Position numbers and translations under genes: made by a program | Shown here: piece by piece, positions 43,790 through 56,416 of the stretch | How the letters are laid out: every line of letters begins with the position of its first letter | How positions within the stretch are numbered: the stretch's first letter is position 1 | Source: the human T2T-CHM13v2.0 reference genome, Homo sapiens | DNA length: 64,000 nucleotides | Strand: one strand, 5' to 3' | NCBI RefSeq assembly: GCF_009914755.1 | Contig: NC_060928.1 | The notes under the pieces: generated by a model | What the model saw: the letters and a program-made list of their open reading frames with translations, nothing else | Databases searched by the model: none | Told to the model about the DNA's origin: nothing

Positions 43790-43970
43790 TGAACAGAAAG
43801 GCCTTTTCTGACTTAGCCTTGGAAACCTTGGAAGTCACACAGCATCACTCCCACGTATTTTCTTGGTCCAAGTGGTCACGAGCCCACCCAGATGCAAGGA
43901 GACATAGACCTCACCTCTCAATGGGAAGAGTGTCAACTAGTTTTGGTGCCATGTTTTGCAACTGCCGCAG
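43790..43970 (-). mobile_element. MLT1 LTR fragment (MLT1J/K/L-like)
   Basis: TGACTTAGCCTTGGAA...GTCACACAGCATCACTCCCAC...CCCAGATGCAAGG...CACCTCTCAATGGGAAGAGTGTCAA. Confidence 0.75.
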
Positions 43971-44299
43971 TGGCTTTATTAATCTTTGCATTCTCTATAA
44001 TCTTTGCAGATACTTTACTCTCCCATCAACCTGAGCACACACAGGCTTTGTACACAGTAAATGCTTTGGAAAGCATATCATGAATTATTTTCTCAAGGGG
44101 AAGGTACAGTATGATCACTAACTTGAAGGCACTCACAAAGGAATTTTCAAAGACATGTAGTGGGTGTGAGTGCTTAAACAAGGGTCTCTCTCTACCTAGG
44201 CACTTTTCAGACTGATTGAGTCATTTCTTAAATTTGCAAGAGAATGCAAACAAGCACTGTTCTGGAAAGAGAACTCTACCAGGAGCTCACTCTCCCAGT

Positions 44300-44540
44300 G
44301 TTAGAATGAAACGAATATGGATTTAAATCCTAACCCGGTCACTTCCAAGCTGGACTTTAAAATATATTACTTTACCTCTCTAAAATCTGTTTTCTCATTT
44401 TTAAAACAATAACAAATAATATCACCTATCTCATATTGCTGTGAGGATTTAATATGTAAATACCTATAAAAGATGAAGAGCAGAGCCAGGCACATAGTGG
44501 CACTCAATAAATATGTGTTGTTTTTGTATCATTATTACTA
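44300..44540 (+). mobile_element. MIR
   Basis: GGATTTAAATCCTAACCCGGTCACTT...TACTTTACCTCTCT...GCCAGGCACATAGTGGCACTCAATAAAT. Confidence 0.75.
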
Positions 44541-44999
44541 TTTGAAGAGTCTTAGGCCACTCTCTAGTACATAGTAAGCATTGAGTTAATGTTAGCTATT
44601 AATGTAATTAGGACCCACTACCCTCGCTTTGTCTGGTTTCTATCTTCCTCTCTACCTCCCTATTGCAACCAAACATTGAAAGAGTTGCTGACGAATTTTA
44701 TAATTTGACAGGTCAAACTTTCTGAACTTCTCATTCCTCCCTTCTTTATATTCTGAAAAAGGTGAAAAAGAACAATGGAAATACCACAAGATGGGTAGCT
44801 TTTAGAAAAATCAGGTTTTCTAAGTAGCTTGAATAACCACATAATCAATATGTGATTCTATCAGCTTCGACTTTACATGGGAAAAAAATTTCACCTTGAT
44901 TATTGCAACTTCAAAACATTTCTGTCCCATAGTAGAAGGGGAAATGTGGAGTCTTTTGACTTGGTTGCACTATGCAGGGGCTGGCTTTTTCTCTAGTAG

Positions 45000-45051
45000 T
45001 CAAGATTGCGCCACTGCATTCCAGCCAGGGTGACACAGCAAGACTCTGTCC
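45000..45051 (+). mobile_element. Alu 3'-terminal fragment (about 50 nt)
   Basis: CAAGATTGCGCCACTGCATTCCAGCCAGGGTGACACAGCAAGACTCTGTC. Confidence 0.9.
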
Positions 45052-45444
45052 AAGAAGAAGGAGAAGGAGAAGGAGAAGGAGAAGGAGAAGAAGAAGAAGA
45101 AGAAGAAGAAGGAGGAGGAGGAGGAGGAGGAGGAGGAGGAGGGGAAGGAGGAGAAGGAGGAGAAGGAGGAGAAGGAGAAGGAGAAAGGAAGAAGAAGGAG
45201 GAGGAGGAGGGGAGGAGGAGGAGAAGGAGGAGAAGGAGAAGGAGAAAGGAAGAAGAAGGAGGAGGAGGAGGGGAGGAGGAGGAGGGGAGGAGGAGGAGGA
45301 GGAAGAGGAGGAGGAAGAAGAAGAAGAAGAAAAAGAAAGAAGAAAGAAGAAGAAGAAGGAGGAGGAGAAGGAGAAGGAGAAAGAAAGAAAGAAAAAGAAA
45401 GAAAGAAGAAGAAGAAGGAGGAAGAAAGAAGAAAGAAGAAGGAG
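45052..45444 (+). repeat. 393-nt pure-purine GAA/GGA/GAG compound repeat
   Basis: No C or T between 45052 and 45444; follows directly on the Alu 3' end. Confidence 0.98.
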
Positions 45445-45546
45445 CCGGGATGCATTTAGTAGCAGAAGGACTACAGAATAGAATACATAGTAAAATCATA
45501 CCATGGAGAAAGATCGAACTGGAGTCCTTAAAAAAAAAAAAATCTA

Positions 45547-45857
45547 GGCTGGGCATGGTGGCTCACGCCTGTAATCCCAGCGCTTTGGGAGGCCGAGGCT
45601 GGCGGATTACCTGAGGTCAGGAGTCCCAGACCAGCCTGACCAAAATGGTGAAACCCTGTCTCTACTAAAAATACAAAAATTAGCTAGGTGTGGTGGTGCA
45701 CACCTGTAATCCCAGCTACTCAGGAGGCTGAGGTAGGAGATTTGCTTGAACCCGGGAGGCACAAGTCGCAGTGAGCCAAGATCACACCACTGCACTCCAG
45801 GCTTGGAGACAGAGCGAGACTCCATCTCAAATAAATAAATAAATAAATAAATAAATA
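45547..45857 (+). mobile_element. AluSx-like with (TAAA)n tail
   Basis: Full Alu; TSD AAAATCTA. Confidence 0.96.
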
Positions 45858-45879
45858 AAAATCTAAAAAAGAGCCAGAC

Positions 45880-45990
45880 TCTAAGTTTTGTGAGGACAAG
45901 GACACTGTCTTGGTCACCACTGCATTTCTGATTCCAGCTTCAATATTTCCCACTTAGCAAGTGCTTCAGAAATACTTGTTGAATGAGTAG
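45880..45990 (+). mobile_element. L2 3' end
   Basis: TGAGGACAAGGACACTGTCTTGGTCACCACTGCAT...GTGCTTCAGAAATACTTGTTGAATGA. Confidence 0.75.
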
Positions 45991-47467
45991 CATACATTCA
46001 TGTTAAAATAAATGGTTGGGAAAAAATCTCTTCATATTTTAGCCCAAGTACTTTGGTTTTGAGGCCTACAGACAATCTCATTTTAATCTTTAGTAAGCCT
46101 GTTTTGCCATCATTAAAATGCTTCTCTTTGAAGGTGAGCTTACTTTTTCAGTTCACTGATGAAGATATTCAGAATAAAGTAGAACACACTCTAGAAGAAC
46201 AAAAAGAGACAAGCTTCAAAACTGAAAGCAGAACCCACAAAGAAAAGGCAGACAAACTGCCTTGTAGCATCTCTACAACTGACACCCAAGAACCGAAATG
46301 AAACTGAATTTGTTCAGCAAAGCCCAAGTCAGAATCATAAAAACTCCTCGAAATACTACAAATGGCACCTATGTGACAATGAACAGTTTTAAAGCCTCAA
46401 CACTCAGTGGACAAATGCCTTCAGATGAGCCACTTCAGAAGGTAGGACTCCTACCTAAGGCAACTTCTTCATACTTTAGCTTATTATCTTTATTCGAACT
46501 TGATTGAGACTTGCACACACACAAATGACTTTTCCCCTCTCCCTTTGGTTAAGATAGTCATCCATTAAACATCATTAGGAAGTAGAAAGGCCCCTTCCCT
46601 CTCCAGAGGGGAACCTCCTCTGTGCTAATAACCACACAGCTAGGTCTGGCCTTGCAGCCACCTTGCAATGTGGCGCTGGGGTCTTCGTGGGCACTGCCAA
46701 ACTTCCCACAGCAGATAATAATGTGCCACCTAAGGAGGAAGGCAGCATTTTTCTGCCCTGAACTCCAGCTTCCAGGATCACTCGCCTAGGTCTCATCTTC
46801 TGAAGCCTCCTTTGTCTATCGGATGCATACTGTGCACCTTGTCATTGTTGGGAGGACAAAAACAACTGGCGTTTCTCACAAGCTGTCTGAAAGAGCTGCT
46901 GCAGACGACCCATGTGTGCACAGACTCCGCACACACTCTCTCTCTTTCTCTCCCTCTCTTCCCCTCAGGAACACCATCTGAGAGAGCTGCATGGCTGCCC
47001 AGAACTTGTCCCATCCAGCTGACTCCACCAGCCTTTTCCTTCTTTAGCAAGGAAATGGATCTCCAGAAGACACATTCCTGCAGCTCCATGAAACCATCCA
47101 GGCACAGATACTTGCCCAGCTTTTTAATTTTACAGCTTTTACACTGAGGTGACACCCCTGTCCCCAGCCCTGCTATCGTGGACATTCCCGTTAACCCTGT
47201 TAGTTTTAAATGTTAAAAACAGAGAACTCAAGACATCTACTTTTTTAATGTCAAGAAATGCAAAGTGGCCTATGATAATAAACATAAACACATACATAAT
47301 AGCCCAGGACTTAAAAACAAATCCCTTCATTTCTTAGACCCACAGCCACATAGATCTCACAGTTTAAAAAAAAAAAAAAATCCACAGTGAAACGTATCAG
47401 CGTACATTCTCTTTCAGATCCAATACACAGAAAATCTTTACACTTATAATTTTACAGGGACCAGGAT

Positions 47468-47468
<1 letters not shown>

Positions 47469-47497
<29 letters not shown>
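47469..47497. repeat. (GA)n microsatellite
   Basis: About 14 AG units. Confidence 0.95.
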
Positions 47498-47500
<3 letters not shown>

Positions 47501-47875
47501 CACGCATCTGCTTTATGTTCTCAGTGACCAGCTGAACAGATGGTCAAGAATATTGTTAGTTAAGAAAGCTCTCATTCATGATCAGAAAGTCCCTTGGGCA
47601 GGCTGGTGTGGGGTGCAAGAATGTCCTAGAATGTAATATTTGAAGAATGTGTTCATGTCTGAGATATGAACCCATGTGGTGGACGTGGGGGAGGAAGGGG
47701 GAGAACAGACAGCCTGTTGTGATCCAAAAAGCAACCACAAGTACCTCAACATTGGTTTGTCACCCAGACACTTCCGGCTTTCATTCCACCCACTCCCTCA
47801 ACAGTATTAAAAGTGAAGAAAACCATTGATAGGTCTCAGTAGCTGCCATAATCCTTCCTTCTCTAGACATGAGTG

Positions 47876-48528
<653 letters not shown>

Positions 48529-48741
48529 TACCTCACCAGTAGAAAAATATAAAAGGGAGGTAGAAGAGGATACGCTGCATGAAGTTGCCACTTCTTTGTC
48601 ACTTCTTCTGGGCTAACACAGAAGATGTAAAAAGAAACAGGGGGTCCTATGTGTTCATCCCAATATGAGCATTTCCTGGGTGAAATTTCTCTAAATTTAA
48701 GTCGCCTCTCAACCTGACCAACAGAAAGTGTGTTTGTCTAG

Positions 48742-49146
<405 letters not shown>

Positions 49147-49560
49147 CTTCACTTTTTCAACAAAATTTCTTATAGACTTCCATCAGAGAGACTCTGGTAC
49201 TATAGATGAGTTCCCTGGTGTTTTGATCTTTCTCCCACCCTGCAGTGAGCACCTACTTCCTGGCTGTGAGGTATTGTGCCAGGCACCCACAGTATACAAG
49301 AGACATGAGATATGGGGATATCCATACCCTCCGCCTGCCATTTTGGGGACAGGGGGTGTATGTGAGTCAAGCAACATTCACAGCTTCTAAAGCTAGAAAA
49401 AATAGTCTTCAAAATAATCCATATGTTGCTTTTTGCAACTCATTTTAGTGCCTTGATTGGAAAGTTCTGAGGAGGATATTAATGAGAAACTGGGGTCACC
49501 AAAATCAAACAGGAGGCCTGGTTTGGAGCAGGGAGCAAAGTAATCAGAAAGAGGACACGT

Positions 49561-49834
49561 GGCCAGGTGTGGTGGCTCATACCTGTAATCCCAGCACTTT
49601 GGGAGGCCGAGGCGGGCAGATCATGAGGTCAAGAGATCAAGACCATCCTGGCCAACATGGTGACACCCCATCTCTACTAAAAATACAAAAATTAACCGGG
49701 CATGGTGGCGCTCACCTGTAGTCCCATCTACTCGGGAGGCTGAGGCAGGACAATAGCTTAAACACGGGAGGTGGAGGTTGCTATGAGCCAAGATTGTGCC
49801 ACTGCACTCCAGCCTGGCGAGAGAGTGAGACTTC
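49561..49834 (+). mobile_element. AluSc-like
   Basis: GATCATGAGGTCAAGAGATCAAGACCATCCTGGCC diagnostic; TSD AGAAAGAGGACA(C/T)GT. Confidence 0.96.
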
Positions 49835-49910
49835 GAAAAAGAAAGAAAAAGAAAGAAAGAAAGAGAGAGAGAAAGGAAAGAAAGAAAGAGAGAGAGAGAG
49901 AGAAAGAAAG

Positions 49911-49943
<33 letters not shown>

Positions 49944-49950
49944 AAGAAAG

Positions 49951-50017
<67 letters not shown>

Positions 50018-50020
50018 GGA
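49835..50020 (+). repeat. (GAAA)n/(GA)n compound repeat derived from the Alu tail
   Basis: 186 consecutive purines; the last 10 belong to the downstream TSD. Confidence 0.97.
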
Positions 50021-50188
50021 CATGTGTACTATGAGGGAGAGGGTCATTATTCATCCCCAGCTATTCCCCAGCTTCTTCCTTCCTTGTACCTACCAGCAAC
50101 CCCCTGGTCCTTTGAAAACATATAAGGCAGAATCCTCAGCTGCCACCACAAATGACCTCGGAAGGGTCAGCTAACAGCAACAGTCATA

Positions 50189-50811
50189 CAGGTTGAACAT
50201 TTTTAATTTAAAAATCTAAAATCTGAAATGCTCCAAAATCTGAAACTTTGTGAGTGCCAACATGATGCCCCACGTGGAAAATTCTGCACCTGACCTCATG
50301 ACAGGTCGCAGTCAAAATACAAGCACACAACATGCAGTCTATTCCGCATCCCAGCTCTTCTGGTGATGCTACTGTGCTGCTTAGTTACCCTGAGCACATT
50401 AGTTTTCACTGTATTCATAGTATGTCATATTTTAGTGTTAAGTACTTATGTGTGTAAGTGTAAGAAAATGATTGCTTATAGGGGCCATATAAATTCACAG
50501 TCAGGAATGACGGTGATGCCAAACAACCACAGATGGCCCACATGGATGGCTGAGATAGTGACTCCTTTGCTTTCTGATAGTTCAATGTACACAAACTTTG
50601 TTTCATGCACAAAGTTATTAAGAATATTGTATAAAATTACCAGGCTATGTGTACAAGGTGCATATGAAGAATAAATGAATTTCGTGTTTAGAATTGGGTC
50701 CCAGTCCCAAGATATCTCATTATATATATGCAAATATTCCCAAATCCAGAAATATCCAAAATCTAAAATACTTCTGGTCCCAAGCATTTTGGATTAGAGA
50801 TACTCAACCTG
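50189..50811. mobile_element. Tigger4 (Zombi)-family non-autonomous element
   Basis: TA|CAGGTTGAACAT...ATACTCAACCTG|TA terminal inverted repeats with TA TSD; internal TCTGAAATGCTCCAAAATCTGAAACTTT and CTGGTCCCAAGCATTTTGGAT. Confidence 0.92.
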
Positions 50812-50814
50812 TAG

Positions 50815-51040
50815 TTTACTTTACTGAACGCTTATGATAGACTCAGCACTGTTAAGTGCTTTAGATCTATCATCTCATTTAATGCTCATAACATTTCTGT
50901 GAGGCAGGTTATTAGTGCCAATTTATCCATAAGAAGGCTGAAGTTTGGGAAATTTAAGCTATTTGGCCAAGGTCACATTGCTAGCAAGTGGCAGAGACAG
51001 GAATTTGTTCCAGGTTATGTCTCCTTCCAGTGTCAAGGTA
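50815..51040 (-). mobile_element. MIR
   Basis: TAAGTGCTTTA...ATCTCATTTAATGCTCATAAC...GCCAAGGTCACATTGCTAGCAAGTGGCAGAG. Confidence 0.85.
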
Positions 51041-51292
51041 CTTTTCACCTGTCTGAGATTTTCCAAAATTAACTGCATTAAAGAATTAAGAAAAAAGTAA
51101 AATATAGATGTGTAGAAAAAAACAAGTTAACAAAATGCAAGTCTCTTGTGCTCTTAACATCAAAATCTAGATGTTTAGCAATTAATGAGTTCGCTAACCA
51201 ATTTTCCTCATAGAGCGTTATAAAGAACATATATGTATGTGCACTTTATATATTTTAAAGCACAATGTGAAAGTTAAACATAGATACATATT

Positions 51293-51940
<648 letters not shown>

Positions 51941-52599
51941 TAATATAAAAGTTATTATTTATTCTTTCTAGGAATATTCCCTCTCTATCCCCCAACCAAG
52001 GTCTGTGAAGATCAAATAAGATATTATGGGGACTAAGGATGCTCCCTTAGATATTTTCTCCAATATATTTTTAAGTTACCATTTTAATTTTGTACGTTCA
52101 AAGTGAAAATGCATTTTTTTGTAAAACAAGAGCAATAAAGCTCAGGCAAACTTCCTGGCTGGTGGAGATCTCAGGATAAGGTGTGAGCACGAAAAGGAGA
52201 CAAATGAGACTTTTGTGGTTGAAATGAAAAAACTCTCCTCCATCCTGTACTGACTCTGCAGTTTTCTCCTGTCTCTTCAAAGTCTTAGGCTCCAGGCCCC
52301 TGGAAGTCCTGCTTCACCTATGCCTACTTCTCTTGCTGCCATTTGGTTTGCCTGATTTATTGAGGCTTCCAGAAAGTGCCTTTTCTTAGCTGCTGATTCT
52401 GAGCTAGTATTTGGCCTCTTTAACACATGGGCCTTTGTGTGGACACCATCTTTCCCTGAAACCTGTCTGCATCTTTTCTGTCCCTTCTAACCATCCAGTT
52501 TGTTCTTCCCCAAGATGGGCTGCCACAAGTTGCCATTTCCTGACTGGTGCATGGTTCCAGACAGCTCGCGGGCAGACACAGGGAAGGAATCTTATCTCG

Positions 52600-52935
52600 T
52601 TTTTGTTTTTTTGTTGTTGTTTTTGTTTTTTTCTTTTTTGTTGTGGTTGTTGCTGTTGTTTTGAAACGGAGTCTCACTCTGTTGCCAAGGCTGGAGTGCA
52701 GTGGCGCAATCTCGGCTCACTGCAACCTCCGCCTCCAGGGTTCAAGCAATTCACTCTGCCTCAGCCTCCCAAGTAGCTGGGATTACAGGCGCCCGCCACC
52801 ACGCCTGGCTAATTTTTGTATTTTTGGGGTTTCGCCATGTTGGCCAGGCTGGTCTTGAACTCCTGACCTCAGGTGATCCACCCACCTCAGCCTCCCAAAG
52901 TGCTGGGATTACAAGCATGAGCCACCGCACCTAGC
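52600..52935 (-). mobile_element. AluS with a TTG-type degenerate tail
   Basis: Reverse Alu with a small linker-adjacent deletion; TSD AGGAATC(T/C)TATCTC. Confidence 0.95.
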
Positions 52936-53239
52936 AGGAATCCTATCTCCAACAAACATTTTCAAGTTCTTTAACCTGAAATGCCATAGAGAATCATTCT
53001 TGATCTCTCCATGTCTAAGCAGGAATCTTATCAACATAACTTACAAAATCAATGTTTCTGATTCATACAAAACTTCCCCCATCAGTACTGCCATAAAAGG
53101 AAGCAGAGGGTTGTTCCCTCCTCACCCAACAAAATCTTGCAGCCCCGCATCAAAGGCAGCCCTGAAGCATCACTCCACTGGGAAGGCCAATGCTTTCTTC
53201 CATCACGTTGCCCCCTTCTCAATACAACATTGAATTTTC

Positions 53240-53430
53240 GAGCCAAACAGATTAGAATTCAAATTCCAACTATCATAAAGTTCTGTGACCACTAAACCAC
53301 TCCAAGCCTCAGTTCACTTATCCTCAAAGTGGGGCTGATGATAGATAGTAACTATCTTACAGTTGCGGTGGGGTTTGAGAGGCAGAATATATATCAAATC
53401 TTTGCACAGAGAACATAGAAGTAGGCTAGT
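53240..53430 (+). mobile_element. MIR
   Basis: CAGATTAGAATTCAAATTCC...CTGTGACC...AAGCCTCAGTTCAC...GTGGGGCTGATGATAG. Confidence 0.7.
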
Positions 53431-53492
53431 ATTATTTACCAAGGTAGCCACTATCCCTTTCTGAGCAAAGCAGGGTTAAAAATAAAGAGAGG

Positions 53493-53852
<360 letters not shown>

Positions 53853-55044
53853 TCAGTCGCAACAGTCTTTCCTAGAAGTTAAGTCCTCCCTTCTTCACTC
53901 CCTGTCCTTGTAACAGGGTCTGAAAACAACAGGGATAAAAAGTATAGGCAAAGGACAAGAAGGCACCATAGCTCTAGCACCAAGGAAAAGGCATCAGATG
54001 TTTTGGTTTTAAGAAAAAAAATCACCCTCTCCCATACTAATAATTTCCAACTTTATCAAGCTACTAAACAGGAGCCGTACGACCCTTGCTTTACTTTAGA
54101 AATGGGAGAATGCTAGAGAAAAATAGGACTCTTTTAATCATTACTATTTGTATTACACTTTATGCCTCCCACACAGAGCTTTGAGGAAAGCTACAAGAGC
54201 TCAGGGCTGTTAATGTGACACCAGCGATGTTGTGGTAATCAGAGAAGGCCACTCCAAGCTTCTCTGCTTTCAGGGATCTCACTTGCCACAGGATGGGGGA
54301 GGGTGGGGCTGGAGGAGGGAGCCTGGGCGGAAGACCCAGAACTCCCTGAAGGTTTGATGAGCAATCTGTGCCTTCAGAACAACAGTAAAATGATGGAAAG
54401 CTAAAGATTCCTGGAAAAGAGGGACTAGAGCAAGAATTGACAAGGCAGGCATAAAAATGAAAAGAAAGCTAGAGAGTCAAAGAAATTAAGCTTTGTCTCC
54501 AGCTCCCATTGCCAGGATGAAAGGAACTTCTCCATGCCGGACTCCAAGAAAAGGGACTCACCCTCCCAGCTCAGCACAAACTCCCAGGGCCTACCATGAG
54601 GGCTGGAAAGGAAAGGAAACAGAGGGGTCATTTCCAACCACCAGGCCTTAGAGACCATTGTCACAGGAGGAAAAAGAGGCAGCAGACAGAGAGAGAAAGT
54701 CTGGGTGGGTGTTAAATTATAATTATGTCTACAATGGTATATGAAAAACCTCGCAGGTCTCTGCTGATACAGATATGGGAAGTCCACCTTCTGAATCCCA
54801 TGCTGGAGTTGATAAGAAGGAAGGCAAAAGCAGGAATCAAGAGCTCAGTGCCTTCTTTTATACAGTGCCCACCACTGGTAAGGAGACCTCTGACTCAGTT
54901 TCCAGAAAGGAAGGTAACCTCTTCAGCCATGATAGTCAACCGTCTTTTTAAAAAAGGAATTTTAAATTAGGGAAAATTAGATTTGTGAATGAACATCCTT
55001 CTGAAAGGAGGAAACATGAAGCAAATTATAGTTCTATTAATTAA

Positions 55045-55353
<309 letters not shown>

Positions 55354-55696
55354 TAGTTCTACATATTTATATTTTTCCTCCTTGCATTGGGAAACTAAAG
55401 AGTAAACAACTCCCATCCCCCCAAAAATCCTAAGAATACTAAAAAGCATTTAGTCAAGGTCTAACCATATATAAGAAAGTAGTTAATATTTCCCAAATGA
55501 CCCCAGACCAAAGACTGAATTCTGCATTACTAATACCATGACCTTCTTATTTAGTGCCATTTATAGGCATTCAAAGCCAAAGAGAGGAAGTCAGCAATAT
55601 ATTAATTTTCTTAATTGTTATGTAAATGTCTCAGACTGACCTGTAAAATGTATGTACTCATAGAAGGTGTAATTCACTCTAAGATACAAACTTACT

Positions 55697-55732
55697 CTCT
55701 AAAATTGCAGTTGGTAAGCACTCAACATGGAG
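55697..55732 (+). repeat. 36-bp exact direct repeat, copy 1
   Basis: CTCTAAAATTGCAGTTGGTAAGCACTCAACATGGAG, identical to 56381-56416. Confidence 0.97.
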
Positions 55733-56380
55733 TTGAGAAAATGTTTACAAAATGCAAGACAGGTGTTTGGATTTATTTCAAATGTATTAATAAAAAATAC
55801 GATACTCCCTTGAATGATGAATACGGAGTGTATGGCAGTTAATTTTGGGAAAAAGAAGTGCATGTAATCACTTACATTTTTGAAGTGAAGGTTAATCTGC
55901 AGGAAACGGGAAGTTAAGATGTGTAATTAACCCAAAGGTACACAATAGAAAGAATGGGAGGCAAAGACTAAAGAGGGAGCTTGAAGGAGCTAGCACAGAA
56001 ATGCCTGCAGAAAAGGCAAACAGCTGAAATGTCTCTTCTTTAGGCTTTTTCACTCATTTAACCATCACAGACAGGAGCTCTACTCATGGGTCTGAATGTG
56101 CCCAAAGATGGTGTTACTCAAAGCATGGTGTCTGGACTTGGTTCTCATCCTTTAAACGGTAATGTTCCACACCCACAGGGCACAGAAATTTAAAAGTGCA
56201 TGGTGAGAGGCCCACAGCAATCTGTAATTAAAGGAACATTCGAGCACATGATCACTTTTCTAGTAGTACATTTTTATTGTATTTTCTAAATGTAACAGTG
56301 AGAAATGGATTGGAAATAGAAGGAGAAGAAACTGGTCTTTCACCATAGGAAGTTTGCAGAGCACCTCTAAAAAACCTACC

Positions 56381-56416
56381 CTCTAAAATTGCAGTTGGTA
56401 AGCACTCAACATGGAG
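56381..56416 (+). repeat. 36-bp exact direct repeat, copy 2
   Basis: Identical to 55697-55732, offset 684 bp. Confidence 0.97.

Noticed and set aside
44972-45614. Poly-R/E/G/P/S ORFs of 151-202 aa
   Set aside because: Artefacts of a stop-free pure-purine repeat plus Alu sequence.
49758-50174. RKKE/FLSF repeat ORFs
   Set aside because: Translations of the (GAAA)n Alu tail.
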